A stretch of DNA of 64,000 nt from Macrostomum hystrix (GCA_950097015.1 CATNEN010000001.1:15066001-15130000), one strand, 5' to 3'. Shown: positions 1 through 18,057, counted from the first letter of the stretch. Program-made: numbers and translations. The notes: generated from the sequence alone by a model not told the origin.

Positions 1-300
1 GCAATTGGCTGTAAATAGTAAATTGATGTCTATGCGACGTCTATTTGTTAAGCTATGGAATAGGTATGGCTTTGCCACTTCTTTAATGACAAAAGAGTTT
101 TATATTGTAAACAAATAAACACATCTTGTCAGCATAGTAATCCTATGCAATGTAAAATCATAATTTAATACTTTAATACTGAGTGTTAATAGAAGATATA
201 TATGTTCCAAATCAATTAAAAAAAACAATTAAAGTTTTTGCAATTTTTTTGTTTTCCAAGTCAAATCTATCCTGTCATCTGAATCACAGCCCCTTATAGG

Positions 301-865
301 CCATAGTCCGGATCATGCTGGACTTACGCCGGAGGAAAAATCCAACATTTTTTGGCACTTACACCAGACTTACGCCAACCAAAAAAGGTCCCTCTGACTT
401 ACGCCACCCAAAAAAAGGTCCTTCACAAATCATGTTAATCGGTGATTAATTAAATTCAGAAGTTGCAACTGTTTAAAAATCTCACAAGTTGCAAATTCTG
501 AATCAAGTATCAAAGTAAGCATCTTAAAGCTAAAAAAACTTTTGCTATCCTACAATAGATATTCTGCTATCTAATTTATACGAACTGCAATATTTGAATG
601 AACTTTGTTTTAATGCTGCTCCTAATTAACGCAAACATCATAATTAACGCAAATTTGTTATGTTCTATAGTGATACATTTGATCGTGGATGATCTCATTT
701 GTGCTAACATTTACGCCACTTGATTTATGCCATGTACTTACGCCAAGCACTTACGCCAAGGCACATTTTGGCCTATACTTACGCCAAGCACTTACGCCAG
801 CCTCCGATCCCAAACCAGATTTACGCCGGAGATCTCCGGCGTAAACGACATGATCCGGACTATGG
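301..865. mobile_element. Non-autonomous DNA transposon (MITE, 565 bp), 8-bp TSD class (hAT/P-like)
   Basis: Perfect 17-bp TIR CCATAGTCCGGATCATG (301-317) / CATGATCCGGACTATGG (849-865), extending imperfectly to ~33 bp via TTACGCCGGAG. Exact 8-bp TSD CTTATAGG (293-300, 866-873). About 10 internal (C)TTACGCC motifs. No ORF. Confidence 0.9.
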
Positions 866-1929
866 CTTATAGGAAAAATACAAATTACAAAAACAATTAA
901 AATGTAGATCAAAAAAATGTTATAACTTTTTTATTACTTGACCAATTTTGATCAGTGAGGTGTCATTTAACTCACACAAGCAAGATCTGTAACACAAGAA
1001 AACCAAAAATATGGAATTTTTTTAATTTCTCACTGGAGCCCCTAACGCTAAAATTGGTATCTAGTAATTAGTAACAAGCATAACACTGCTTTAGGGCTCA
1101 TTCATAAGATAGTAGTGGCAGTGTAGAGTCTAAACTACTTATTAAATAACAAGTATGTAAATGTATCATAAGTAATAGCAAGTATAATTGTATAATAATA
1201 AGTTAGCTACATATCTACATGTGTTCATTTATAACACATTTCTGATAACCCTAGTGATCAGCTCTGCATCAAAATCCAAAAAGCACAATGCAATACAGGA
1301 TAATTTATGATTATGAAAAGTGTAAACGGAACTTACTTAAGGCACTTATTCATTTTTGTTTATTTTCTAGACTATATAGCCTATATTACACAGCAGTAAC
1401 AAGCCATCGGATCATCGACAAACACACATAGTCTAAGTCTAAAATCAGATAGTAAAAATTGACTTCGGTAGTACAACCCGAAAGTACGTTAAAAATTAAA
1501 AGCATACGAATTTTATCTCATTTTTGCACAGACGGCTATGCTTATCGGTACAAACATACACGGCAGTCGAATATGGTGCACGCTGATTGTGCGCTTCTGG
1601 TCTGTTTCTATGAAATTAATATTTTAATTTTAAAAGAAATGGTTTTAACAAATTTTAATAGTAATTTTCGTCAATAACTTAAAGTTTGCTGCTAAAAAGC
1701 CTTAAGACAAATAAAATGTTTTCTGTATTTAAAAATTTTCTTTCTATTATAACTTTTTCTGACATGTCTTTTCATAACATGGAGACATGTAATGTAACTG
1801 TTAAGAGTAAGTAATAAATTAGTTGGATTGTTCATTTACAAGTAGATAGGCAGGGTAGTAAAACTTTATTAACATTTTTGGTACCAAGTGTTTCCACCAT
1901 TCTCCGTCTTCTCGCCATCTCATATCACC

Positions 1930-1974
1930 CAAGGACCACTAGGACTGATTGTGTCCCCTCATAGGTGGTCCTTG
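1930..1974. mobile_element. 45-bp transposon remnant/footprint with TIRs
   Basis: TIR CAAGGACCAC (1930-1939) / GTGGTCCTTG (1965-1974), flanked by ATATCACC (1922-1929) and ATATCACT (1975-1982), a 7/8 TSD match. A similar end TAGTGGTCCTTG occurs at 2285-2296. Confidence 0.6.
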
Positions 1975-4540
1975 ATATCACTCCTGGGCTATAATCTATA
2001 ATAGTATTGAAGGAAAGTTATTTAAGCTGCATTTTAGCATTTATTTCCAGACTAGCTGCTCTGAGTACGCTTTATCAAGTGAATTTTCGCCCAGTGCAAA
2101 CTGCTGGCTTGGTAAAATTAATTAAAGGATTAATAACAAATTAAAGGACACTTGAGTAAAAGCGACAATTTAGTACGTTGTCCGGCGTGACTTTATTGGA
2201 TACACGCTATAGACTTTTTTAAAGCTGCTAAATAGCAATTTGACTTCTGGACTATAACGAAGTGCTACATCTTAGTGGTCTCTATAGTGGTCCTTGAGAT
2301 GCTACGTCCGTGAGCAGAATATATATACAATATTTACAGAATTTTACCTTCGGCTGGAGACATCGCAAAATCTCTGCGATTGTGCGTCTGTCGCTTAACT
2401 TGAAAGCGCATGAGCTGTGATGCGATGGGGACAAGGGACATTTCAGCGAGCAGGGCCTTTCGCCTCTCGATGGATGCATGAAGTTCTCATTTATTTCATA
2501 AAAAGCAACAGCTTACTAGTGGACTCAGCAGGATAATATTTTTTTCTAACAGACAAAGAATTAAATTTTGTCGAACTTATCAACTCCTGAGCAGCCGCAT
2601 CTTCTGGCTCCAATCACTCGACTCGAACACCCTGACCTCACCTAAGAAGCCTCATGCAGTAAATGGGGTAAGTTTTGACCCAATGTCTGAGGAAAGCGCG
2701 CTCAGTGTAAGCGGAGTTGTGCCATATAGCACACTGTGTGTGTCACAGATATTGTTCACTCTTCACCTTTTCTTAAAAAATTTTTATGAAAATCGGTGTT
2801 GATCTGATCCTGGATTTCATTATAAGCGATTCTGGCGGAGAATGCTGAAAAGTAGAAAAGTCTTCTCACTCCCCTCTCCTACTACTCACTCTTATTCTCA
2901 AGAGTGAGAATTCTCAATTCTCCTTTACACTCTACTCTAAACATTTGTGCGCATTGTGGTTGGGAAACTGCATGCTATACTTTTATTGGAATGATGATCA
3001 TTTTATACCTTTTCCAAATTAATATTGTTCCAGAGAAATTTTTGCCAAGTTTTATAAATACCTGCAGCTATAGAAATTCATGCTTTGCTTGGATAATTTT
3101 TGCTGTCTCCAATTATAGGTTGCGAAGTGGGTCTCAAAGTTGGATTTGTGGGTTTTAGTTGCCCCTTGTCAAATTGCTGCTTGGGCAGTTAAGCATGAAT
3201 TTCTTCGCTGCATGTTCATCCTTTCACTGCAGCTATCCCAACATTAAATCTGTCAGCTGGGTCATCCACCGTCCTAGCAATAATTAAGTTCGCTTCCAGG
3301 AGGTAAAAGATTCGTACAAAATGCGGATTTTATAAAAAAGTAGTTTTATAACGCTTCCACGGTTCCACTCAATAAATTATACGAGCTGTATAATCGCATT
3401 TTTAGCACAACTTGGACTAAACATATTCGTACAGTTTTCGATTTTGCAGTCCTTAATTTTACATCATGCATTTTATTGCAGATAAAGGCTCATAAAGTAC
3501 AACAACTAATTTAGTAGCTGGCAAAAGAAGGCACGAGTGAATCTGCTGAACTTGACAAAGTTCGCGCACGGAATTTCACGATAATTTTTTGTCCTACGAT
3601 TTTAAGCACTAATTTAAAACTCACTTTTTTTCTTGCCGCGCTTGCAGGACTGTGCAGCACTCACCATGGACCTCTTATACCTGTGTTATGGATATACGCT
3701 TTTCTCTTTTCTCTAATAACTTTCATTAATGCATTCATGACTGTATCAGGAATAGTTCAAGGCCATGATGGTACATAAAAATCTTAATTTGCAGAGCGCA
3801 AGCAATCTTAGCTACTATATTTACACTTATTTTCTATATTATATTCATAGGCTAATAATTTCAATAATATTAGGATAGGCCTAGACCTATAGGCTATAGC
3901 TATGTGAATACAGAGTCTAGAGTTTGGACAACCTCATATTTTAGAGACCGTACTTACTTTTTTCCCATTAAAGATCTGCCTTTTATTGTTTTCATTTCCA
4001 AGAAGGCAAGTGAAGTCTAAACTCATTCACCTAATTTTTATAGTCTACATTATAGATATTAGGCCTAGACATATAGACTAGTGTCTACAATATCTGTGGC
4101 ATATTTAAGTAGGGTGGATGGATACAACCTGGGGTGTTTGTCAATTTTTTCTTCAAATCTCCCAAGAGTGAATGAACTGCAGTGCAGTGTTGAAGTCAGT
4201 CTGTATTAGGCCTAGCCAACCTAAAAAAAGAAAAAAAATTACCCCCCCAAAACAGTCCTGGTTAGGCCCATAATGCATCTAGCTAATATAATTTATAGTA
4301 GGGGGGGCCTAGGCCAAACTATAATGTTTGTATAAAATATGAACTACACTGGGTGTGTTCCAAGACGGCAAGAGTCCTTTTAGGCTACTATTACAAAACT
4401 ATGTGTCATACCTTCTATTTACAATTTGTGACGTTAGTAAAGATCCCCATTAGAATATTTATTTCGTTTTCTAAATCCAGCAGTCAAAAGTCACTTCAGT
4501 TGCTTTTACTAGGCCCTATTTTGTCATCAAATGATCATGT

Positions 4541-4821
4541 CATACATGCGCAATCTCCCAAATCTTAGCCGGCCGTGCGACTTAGTTTTTGCTCTCATTT
4601 GCGACTTAGTTCGTTTCATTGCTCTATTTACGACTTAGTTTGCTCTCATTTGCTCTCTTTTTCTCTCCCCTTTTTCCTTTTGTTCACGCCTTCCTTTTTT
4701 GTCCCTTGGTCCCCCCTTTGATTTTTTTGCGCTTGGTTGATTGGTTTTTGTGACTTACCTTGCTTGGCCCTCGTTTCACCCGGCCGGTTCGGCCGGGTCG
4801 GCCGGGTGTTGCGCATGTATG
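4541..4821. mobile_element. hAT-like MITE (281 bp)
   Basis: 13-bp perfect TIR CATACATGCGCAA (4541-4553) / TTGCGCATGTATG (4809-4821). Exact 8-bp TSD GATCATGT (4533-4540, 4822-4829). Subterminal CGACTTAGTT and CGGCCGG repeats. Confidence 0.9.
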
Positions 4822-4916
4822 GATCATGTGCAAACTCAATATAATACAAATAAAAAGTGATACAAAATTTGTTACAATATGTCAATATATATTAACAAAA
4901 TGATAGAAATATGTGT

Positions 4917-5451
4917 AAATGATCATAAACTGAAGGTAGGGGGTTCATTGGTGCAGTGGCAATAACAGAATATGATCACTATCTGAATACACAATACCTT
5001 TAATTTAGAATAAATGGCAAAAAGTTATGTTAAGCATTGTGAACCATGGCTAATAGTCTGGGGGTAGAAGGGAATTAATAACAAAGTTTTTAATACAAGT
5101 GGATTGCCAAGTACAAGTTGGTCAGACAATCATCAAAAACTACTATAGAGCCCTGTGGATAGATGGTTGAGGCAAATTAATTATTATTATATTGAACTGC
5201 ATGCTTCCACTCCCCCTGTTAGCATTGGTTCACTATCATTTACATGTATCTCTTCAATTTAAATGATTAGGCCTATGAACTGATGATCCTCTGTATTCAG
5301 ATAGTGATCACATTCCATTACTACCAAATGAATTAGTATCCTCACTTCCACTATCCCTTTACAATCATTTACATATATTACTTTTCATTAAACTGTTTAA
5401 GAACATTAATTATAATACCAAAACCTTCCTAACTTTGGTTTATGATCATTT
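4917..5451. repeat. Degenerate long inverted repeat (old foldback/palindromic element)
   Basis: Nested reverse-complement pairs: 4917-4930/5438-5451 (14/14), 4968-4991/5292-5315 (23/24), 5039-5053/5219-5233 (13/15). Confidence 0.65.
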
Positions 5452-6964
5452 AAATGTATTCCAGCCATTTAAATGATCATACACTAATAGGGTATATATA
5501 TGATCTTTTTGTAAAGCACAAACAGCACCATATGAAACAAATTAGCAAGTTGTAATTGCTTAAAAAGAAATATATATATTTGGATCATGAAGCTATATTT
5601 AGGTGAAAAAGTGATAGTAAACTATAGGAATGCCCTATATCCCTAGTTTTAGTTTTGTCATTAGAGAATTTTTTCTGTCTGTTAAATATATTGTTTTCTA
5701 GGCAGGCCAACATTTTTACCATTGGCACATTGGCATTGGGATAGACTTACACATAAGTATTGTCTAGATCATGTAGGCCTATTATATTCCAAAAATTGGG
5801 TGTACATTGGTGTTGGTTGCCCCATTTAGCATAGGCCCTCTGTGTGGTTTGGCATGGCCCAGTGCTTTGGGTTAGTATAATGCATGTGTAGCAGTAGCAT
5901 TAATGACTAATGTATTTTCTTCCATCTAGCTTTGCTGTATTTATAGTAGATATTCAATAAAGATGGCAGACAATTTAAAACAAGTGTTTCATATGGTAAA
6001 ACAAAATATTCCTTGTTAATTAAATTTCACTCAATAAAGCAAATTGGCACATACAGCAAGTATTCTTAGAAAAATGTCATTTTAATTGATCTAATGTATT
6101 AATTTATATAAGCATGTTATTGTAACAATTACACATTTGACATTTAGTGTGTGGGCTATGGCTGGGTAGTTTTTTTTCAATTAGAATAACTGTGTGAATG
6201 ATTTAACTTACCCTATACAATCTTCTGCATGTACTTTTTCCATATGGTTTCTAGCATTGTGATGCATTCTTGTCTACTGTGACAATGTGATATATCTGTT
6301 CAGTTGTCAAGTCAGTCATCAGTCATCAAATACTTGTATAACTATAATTTCAATTTTGACAGCTCTGGTTTTGAAATAAAAAACTAGCAGATTCATCTAG
6401 AAGTAAGAGAAATTCAAAAGCTAAGAAATGCTGAATCATGCGGAACATTTGTAGGATAGTTTAATACATGTTCCTAAGCCATTATAGTGAAATGAATTAT
6501 CAACTTTAGAGAAAAATTCTTAGCTAGAAAAATAGTAGACAGAGCTTAACACTATGAACACATATTCTAAATGTTTTTGTGTTTGTTTAATGCTGATCCT
6601 AGAATTTTTTTTTAACATTGGAAACTAGAGGTCTGACCAAGTGTTTATGACCCAGTTTAGAGGAACTAAATATAGATACATGTATGATACACAAGGGGAA
6701 AGCAAAGAAAGAGTCTAGATATTCCTTGCATTCCTTGCAATTTATTAAATCCATAATTCTTGCTACAGTTCGCCAAGCAATACAATATGGGACTCTTATA
6801 AAGTGCCCTGAGTCAATATTTAGCTGGGTGTAGTGGCCCCCAGTTCATGAATTCAACAGTTGTACACAGATTATGAAATTGCCACACGATAGCTGTTCCT
6901 GTGCTACTGATTGTATATCTGGCCTAAATTTCTGCTTATTTTCTAATAAAGTACGTTATTCTTT

Positions 6965-7205
6965 ATATATTGGCAAACTACAACCCGCGGGCCAGATTGC
7001 AGCCCTCGAAGCTATCAAATCAGGCCCGTTGCTGATACAGTATCCTGTTTTATCTCTCCCGTGTCTCATCTATCCCGTGTCTTATCTCTCCTGTGTCCCA
7101 TCTCTTATCTGTATCATCTCTCCCCTATCTCATTTTTTACATTTAAATTGGCCCAAAAATTCTATACTCTTTCGGCCCGCTAGCCAATAAGTTTACTGAC
7201 CCCTG
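6965..7205. mobile_element. Degenerate hAT (Charlie-like) MITE immediately upstream of the PLK ORF
   Basis: Left end GGCAAACTACAACCCGCGGGCCAGATT and right end CGGCCCGC...GTTTACTGACCCCTG resemble CAGGGGTCGGCAAAC...CGGCCCGCGGGCC termini. The left terminus is eroded and no TSD was found. Confidence 0.5.
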
Positions 7206-7292
7206 TTTTGAATGATTTCAGCGCGCATTCATAAATTATTTTAACAAACAAAATTGCGACACAGAAACTAGCTGAAATCAAAGTCACCACCT

Positions 7293-12502
<5,210 letters not shown>

Positions 12503-14169
12503 GCCCTCCTGCTTGATATTATCAGCCCAATCATCTGCTGACTGAACTTGGATGATTTGGCACTTGAAACAATTATGGATTCACTTTTGGGTTCGGGTTT
12601 TGCGAAAGTGACAAGTTAGTAGTATAATATCAAATAGTAGTAAATAGATTTTTGTCGAGTTTTAGTATTTTTAAATAATCTAAAAAGTATCGCATCATTT
12701 TATTTAAGTCAGTTAAAATAGCCTTATCTAACTGGATAGATTTTTAGGAAACCATAAAAACTGATTAGTTTTTTACCGCAACTGATTTGTCTGTTATCAA
12801 GTCCCCATTGTATTGGATTAATAATATTTTGTGTATTTTAACCTACTAGGAATCAATTCTTAGCATTAATAATAATAACTAGCAGTAATAAATATCAAGA
12901 CACGATTCTTTTTTTTCTGTCATTTATCTTCAGTCTATTTGCATTTTTGCGAAAGCCTTTACTATAGATACTACTTACACTCTACAGCTGCTAGCTAGTA
13001 CTGATCTAATTAAGGGTGCTAAGCGCTACTGAAAGCTATTTACTAATAATAAATTAGCATTTTCTAAGGCTATGTTTCGTGCTAAAGCGGCATTTATGGT
13101 CGATTTACAGTTATCCTATATTTTTCAAATTTCTTTTTCGGCTGTATTATCATAATAAGCCACATTAATATACCAATCTGCTCGTAAAATTATTATTTTG
13201 TTATGCTCACACGATACTACTCTTTTCTCCCAAATTTCAGCTAAGCTTGTTATCACCAAAACAAGCGATGTGTATGCACTATTTTTAAATCGCCTATGTA
13301 GCCAATTTGTGTAGTCCGTTCCGTTTAAATAAAATCGGAAAATAAATAAACAAAAAAAACACTTCTTTTCATTTAGCAACTCCAACAGCATTCTATTACA
13401 AAACCTCGATGCCTCACAAAATTGCTTCTGTCTTAGTCCTTTCCTTTTTTACAATTTTTACTATTGTGGTGAGAAAATGTGCGCAAAACTCTACTGAAAG
13501 TTCTGATTAGTAGGATGAATTGCGTCTGATTGCATCCACCGACTAACAAATCTTAACGCAATGTGTTTTTGCGATGTGTTTTCTTAAACTATGTGTAAAA
13601 CTGCTTTTAAATGTTTATTTGTTCAAGCTAGTCGCGTGCCTCTGATAAGAGATTCCCCACCAATTGATTTTCTATAAATAGAAACAGCTGGATCCTTGTC
13701 AGCCAATCAGATTTGAGGGTTTCCCATTCTGTATTTTAAACCCATGAGATACCTCCATGAGTATATTAACCCGATTGGATGAATGAATGAATGAGTTGCA
13801 TACCCATTTCTGATTTCGTTGACTTATTTTACTAAAAAATGTTGTGCACCAATCGACATTTCAGCCTTGTCAGTCTCGGTTCTGTTGCAACTAGCTTAAA
13901 AGAGAGACGTATAATAAGTGTACTGACGATGGTGACCGTTTCATTGAAGGTGAGGATTATCTTCAGTTATGCAATTTTTTTTGCTTTTTGATAAAATTTG
14001 TCTTGAATTATTTCCTATAATCCTTTTCGATTTTGTCAGAACGGCACGAACGGTAAAAAAATTCACGGACTTAAATAATAATATTTTTTTACAATCATTG
14101 TACAATCAGATCAGATAGAATATAAGGAATAGGCTTAGGTCCCTCAGATCTAAGACCAGATCTTATAAC

Positions 14170-15120
14170 AGATCCCTCAGATGGGATCAGCCTTGTTCCC
14201 CAAACCAGATCCCCTCAGATGGGATCAGCCTTGTTCTCCAAACTAGATCCCATCTGATGGGATCAGCCTTGCACCCCAAACCAGATCCCCTCAGATGGGA
14301 TCAGCCTTGCACCCCAAACCAGATCCCCTCAGATGGGATCAGCCTTGCACCCCAAACCAGATCCCCTCAGATGGGATCAGCCTTGTTACCCAACCAGATC
14401 CCCTCAGATGGGATCAGCCTTGTTACCCAACCAGATCCCCTCAGATGGGATCAGCCTTGTTACCAAACCAGATCCCCTCAGATGGGATCAGCCTTGTTAC
14501 CCAACCAGATCCCCTCAGATGGGATCAGCCTTGTTACCCAACCAGATCCCCTCAGATGGGATCAGCCTTGTTACCCAACCAGATCCCCTCAGATGGGATC
14601 AGCCTTGTTCTCCAAACTAGATCCCATCTGATGGGATCAGCCTTGCACCCCAAACCAGATCCCCTCAGATGGGATCAGCCTTGTTACCCAACCAGATCCC
14701 CTCAGATGGGATCAGCCTTGTTACCCAACCAGATCCCCTCAGATGGGATCAGCCTTGTTACCCAACCAGATCCCCTCAGATGGGATCAGCCTTGTTACCC
14801 AACCAGATCCCCTCAGATGGGATCAGCCTTGTTACCCAACCAGATCCCCTCAGATGGGATCAGCCTTGCACCCCAAACCTGATCCCCTCAGATGGGATCA
14901 GCCTTGTTACCCAACCAGATCCCCTCAGATGGGATCAGCCTTGTTACCCAACCAGATCCCCTCAGATGGGATCAGCCTTGCACCCCAAACCTGATCCCCT
15001 CAGATGGGATCAGCCTTGTTACCCAACCAGATCCCCTCAGATGGGATCAGCCTTGTTACCCAACCAGATCCCCTCAGATGGGATCAGCCTTGTTACCCAA
15101 CCAGATCCCCTCCGATAGGA
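14170..15120. repeat. 37/38-bp minisatellite with internal dyad
   Basis: Unit AGATCCCCTCAGATGGGATCAGCCTTGTTACCCAACC; GATCCC...GGGATC stem in every unit. Confidence 0.97.
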
Positions 15121-15510
15121 TCAACATCCTCTCTACTCACCGAATCCCAAAAACCCAATAACTTAAAATCAAATCATTTTTAACAATCTGAAATTTCGAT
15201 AACTGAATAAATAACTTACTGATTGTAAGTTTTTTGTATATCCTGCTAACGCAGATCATTGCAGTAGAAAATTTAGGCACAACATTAGATTAATCATGTA
15301 TATAAAAAATGAATGACTTTTGAGAGCAATGGAGATATAAAAAGCGCAAAAGTTTAAATAAAAAACACATGCCGTTAGATTACTTAATTTCGAATTGTTC
15401 TGAATGTTTCATATTCGGTACTGCTATGCTACTGTCACTCAACAGATATTGTAAAGAGTGTGTGTGGCGTATTTGAAGGCTAGGGTAACAATATAAATCG
15501 AGTCTCCAAC

Positions 15511-17730
15511 TCAGACGCTTTCGTATTCGCTTCTCGTTAGTCGCCTCAGAATTGGTGGCACCAATTTTCTGCGCAGACCTTTGCCATAGTTTCGCATAGC
15601 CAATAGTAGCAGGACCAATAGGATGAAGCGCAGTGTTAAGGAGAATACACCGGTTGCTAGGGACACTGTTGGCAGAGAATTAGAGAAATCTGCATTGGCC
15701 GGTATTATAGTTTCGGTACTGTTAACCAGGTAGTCAACATTAGCCACTACAACGAATGACATGTAGGCCGGCTGTAACAGGCCCGTAATTAGTAGAGCTA
15801 TAGTTAAACTATAGTACTCTAATCTAATAGCTATCACAGCCAATCCGTTCCACAGTAGTGACAGGCTGATGCCAAGGCCAAGGACTAGCTTCTCGGCTAG
15901 GCTTAAAGTGCCACTTTTTACTACGAGTAGTACAACGGATAGTGTGCTTTGCAGGTCGAATTTTATGACGCTCTCGGTAGCGAATAGGCGTCGGCAGAGG
16001 CGTTGCAAGCTGGCGTCTGCGCCAACCTGCGAATGACATTTTTAGGCGATAAGATTTCATAACTTTGTTTACAATTTCTTTACAAATTTTTATTGGCTTA
16101 AGTTAGTCACGTGCTTCTATTAAAGGATTCCCCACTTAAGGATTTTCTAAAAATAGAAACAGCTTGATTCTTATCATCCAATCAGATTTTAGAGCCTTCC
16201 CATTCCATATTTTAAAACCCCTCGGACACGCGTTAAAATACACGAAAAATACATTATCCGATTTCACTCTCCCATTTCCTTATTTCACTCTCTCATTTCC
16301 CGATTTCACTCTCCCATTTCCTTATTTCACTCTCCCATTTCCCGATTTCACTCTCCCATTTCCTTATTTCACTCTCCCATTTCCCGATTTCACTCTCCCA
16401 TTTCCTGATTTCACTCTCCCATTTCCTTATTTCACTCTCCCATTTCCTTATTTCACTCTCTCATTTCCTTATTTCACTCTCCCATTTCCCGATTTCACTC
16501 TCCCATTTCCCGATTTCACTCTTCCATTTCCCGATTTCACTCTCCCATTTCCCGATTTCACTCTTCCATTTCCCGATTTCACTCTCCCATTTTCTGATTT
16601 CACTCTCCCATTTCCTTATTTCACTCTCCCATTTCCCGATTTCACTCTCCCATTTCCTGATTTCACTCTCCCATTTCCTTATTTCACTCTCCCATTTCCT
16701 GATTTCACTCTTCCATTTCCCGATTTCACTCTCCCATTTTCTGATCTCACTCTCGCATTTCCTTATTTCACTCTCTCATTTCCCGATTTCACTCTCCCAT
16801 TTCCTTATTTCACTCTCTCATTTCCCGATTTCACTTTCCCATTTCCTTATTTCACTCTCCCATTTCCCGATTTCACTCTCCCATTTCCTTATTTCACTCT
16901 CTCATTTCCCGATTTCACTTTCCCATTTCCTTATTTCACTCTCCCATTTCCCGATTTCACTCTCCCATTTCCTTATTTCACTCTCTCATTTCCTTATTTC
17001 ACTCTCCCATTTCCCGATTTCACTCTCCCATTTCCCGATTTCACTCTCCCATTTTCTGATTTCACTCTCCCATTTCCTTATTTCACTCTCCCATTTCCTG
17101 ATTTCACTCTCCCATTTCCTGATTTATTTAGCATCCAACCAACATCATTCTCCACTATCTTCCTTTTTATTTTTATTTTTTTACCTTTCTAAATATGAAA
17201 TTGCCAGACGACAAGTACTCATAAACAATGAGTGCGCCAAGCACAGCAGAAGCCGGTGCCAACAATCCGGCAGTTGCTAGGCGGGCAATCTTCACAGGCG
17301 ACTGCCAGCCTTGCATGTAGATGAAATTAGCCACTAGATAAACTGTTAGCATGCACACTGTGCCCACTAGCGCCAGTAGTTCGTAGGCTCTTTCGGTGAA
17401 CACGCCGTCAAGTAGATAGTAGCCAGCAAAGCCGGCATTTAATAATAGCAGAAGAGCCAATGTGAAATCTGAATTCATCTCGGTAGCATTGGTTGCCAGA
17501 AAGTAGATAGCGAATGCCGCGCTGGCCAAGATTCCTGCTCCGGTGATGGCTAAGAAGGCCCATTCTTTAGCCGCTATATTTCCTATAGTTCGTCGCGTGC
17601 CCAGTTGAGTCTCTGAGATGGCCTGCGTGCCAGCAGTTAATTCGCTGCCAAGCATATGAGGCGGCTGCTGCTGCTGTAGCTGTGGATCATCTGTGCTAGA
17701 TTCGAAACTATCGGCAAATGGTCGCTGCAT
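15511..17730 (-). CDS. Multi-pass membrane protein, DUF7789 / UPF0658 Golgi-membrane-like, 2 exons, ~353 aa
   Basis: complement(join(15511-16026,17185-17730)). Donor AAG|GTAAAA, acceptor TTCGCAG|GTT GGC, phase 0. The junction reads IFRKVGADASLQRLCRRLFATESVIKFDLQ, resembling the (I/V)GAD...LLKFD motif I recall for this family. About 8 hydrophobic segments. Family call is from memory and needs an HMM search. Confidence 0.8.
16258..17125. repeat. 21-bp minisatellite filling the membrane-protein intron
   Basis: Unit GATTTCACTCTCCCATTTCCC; purine-rich on the sense (-) strand. Confidence 0.97.
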
Positions 17731-18029
17731 ACTGCTGTGAAAGTCTGTTTAGCTTCTCTTCTAGGTTAGATTTGTTACAATTTTATTCGACTGTCTTAAC
17801 TCTCAGCCTTAGCCTGGCTGACCAATTTCCTATTCTTAAAGCTGACTGTCCATAAGCTGTGTTTTATCTTGAAACGAAACGACGAACCATGCTAATTTAT
17901 TATAGTGAAGGAAAGAATGTACATTCATTCTTAAGTCCACGACTCTTTTATGCACGAGAAGAGGGGTGAACGGGCCATGGTGTGTACATTTATCGCTCTT
18001 ACCCCCAACACACCAACCACCCCTTTCTC

Positions 18030-18057
18030 GCGCGGGCGCGCACGTGACGTGACCAAT
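18030..18057 (-). promoter_or_regulatory. Candidate promoter module: GC-rich stretch, overlapping CACGTGAC/TGACGTGA and CCAAT
   Basis: GCGCGGGCGCGCACGTGACGTGACCAAT about 310 bp upstream of ATG 17730, in an otherwise AT-rich context. Confidence 0.4.

Noticed and set aside
16164-17192. 342-aa (FPDFTLP)n ORF
   Set aside because: Antisense translation of a 21-bp array inside a well-defined intron.
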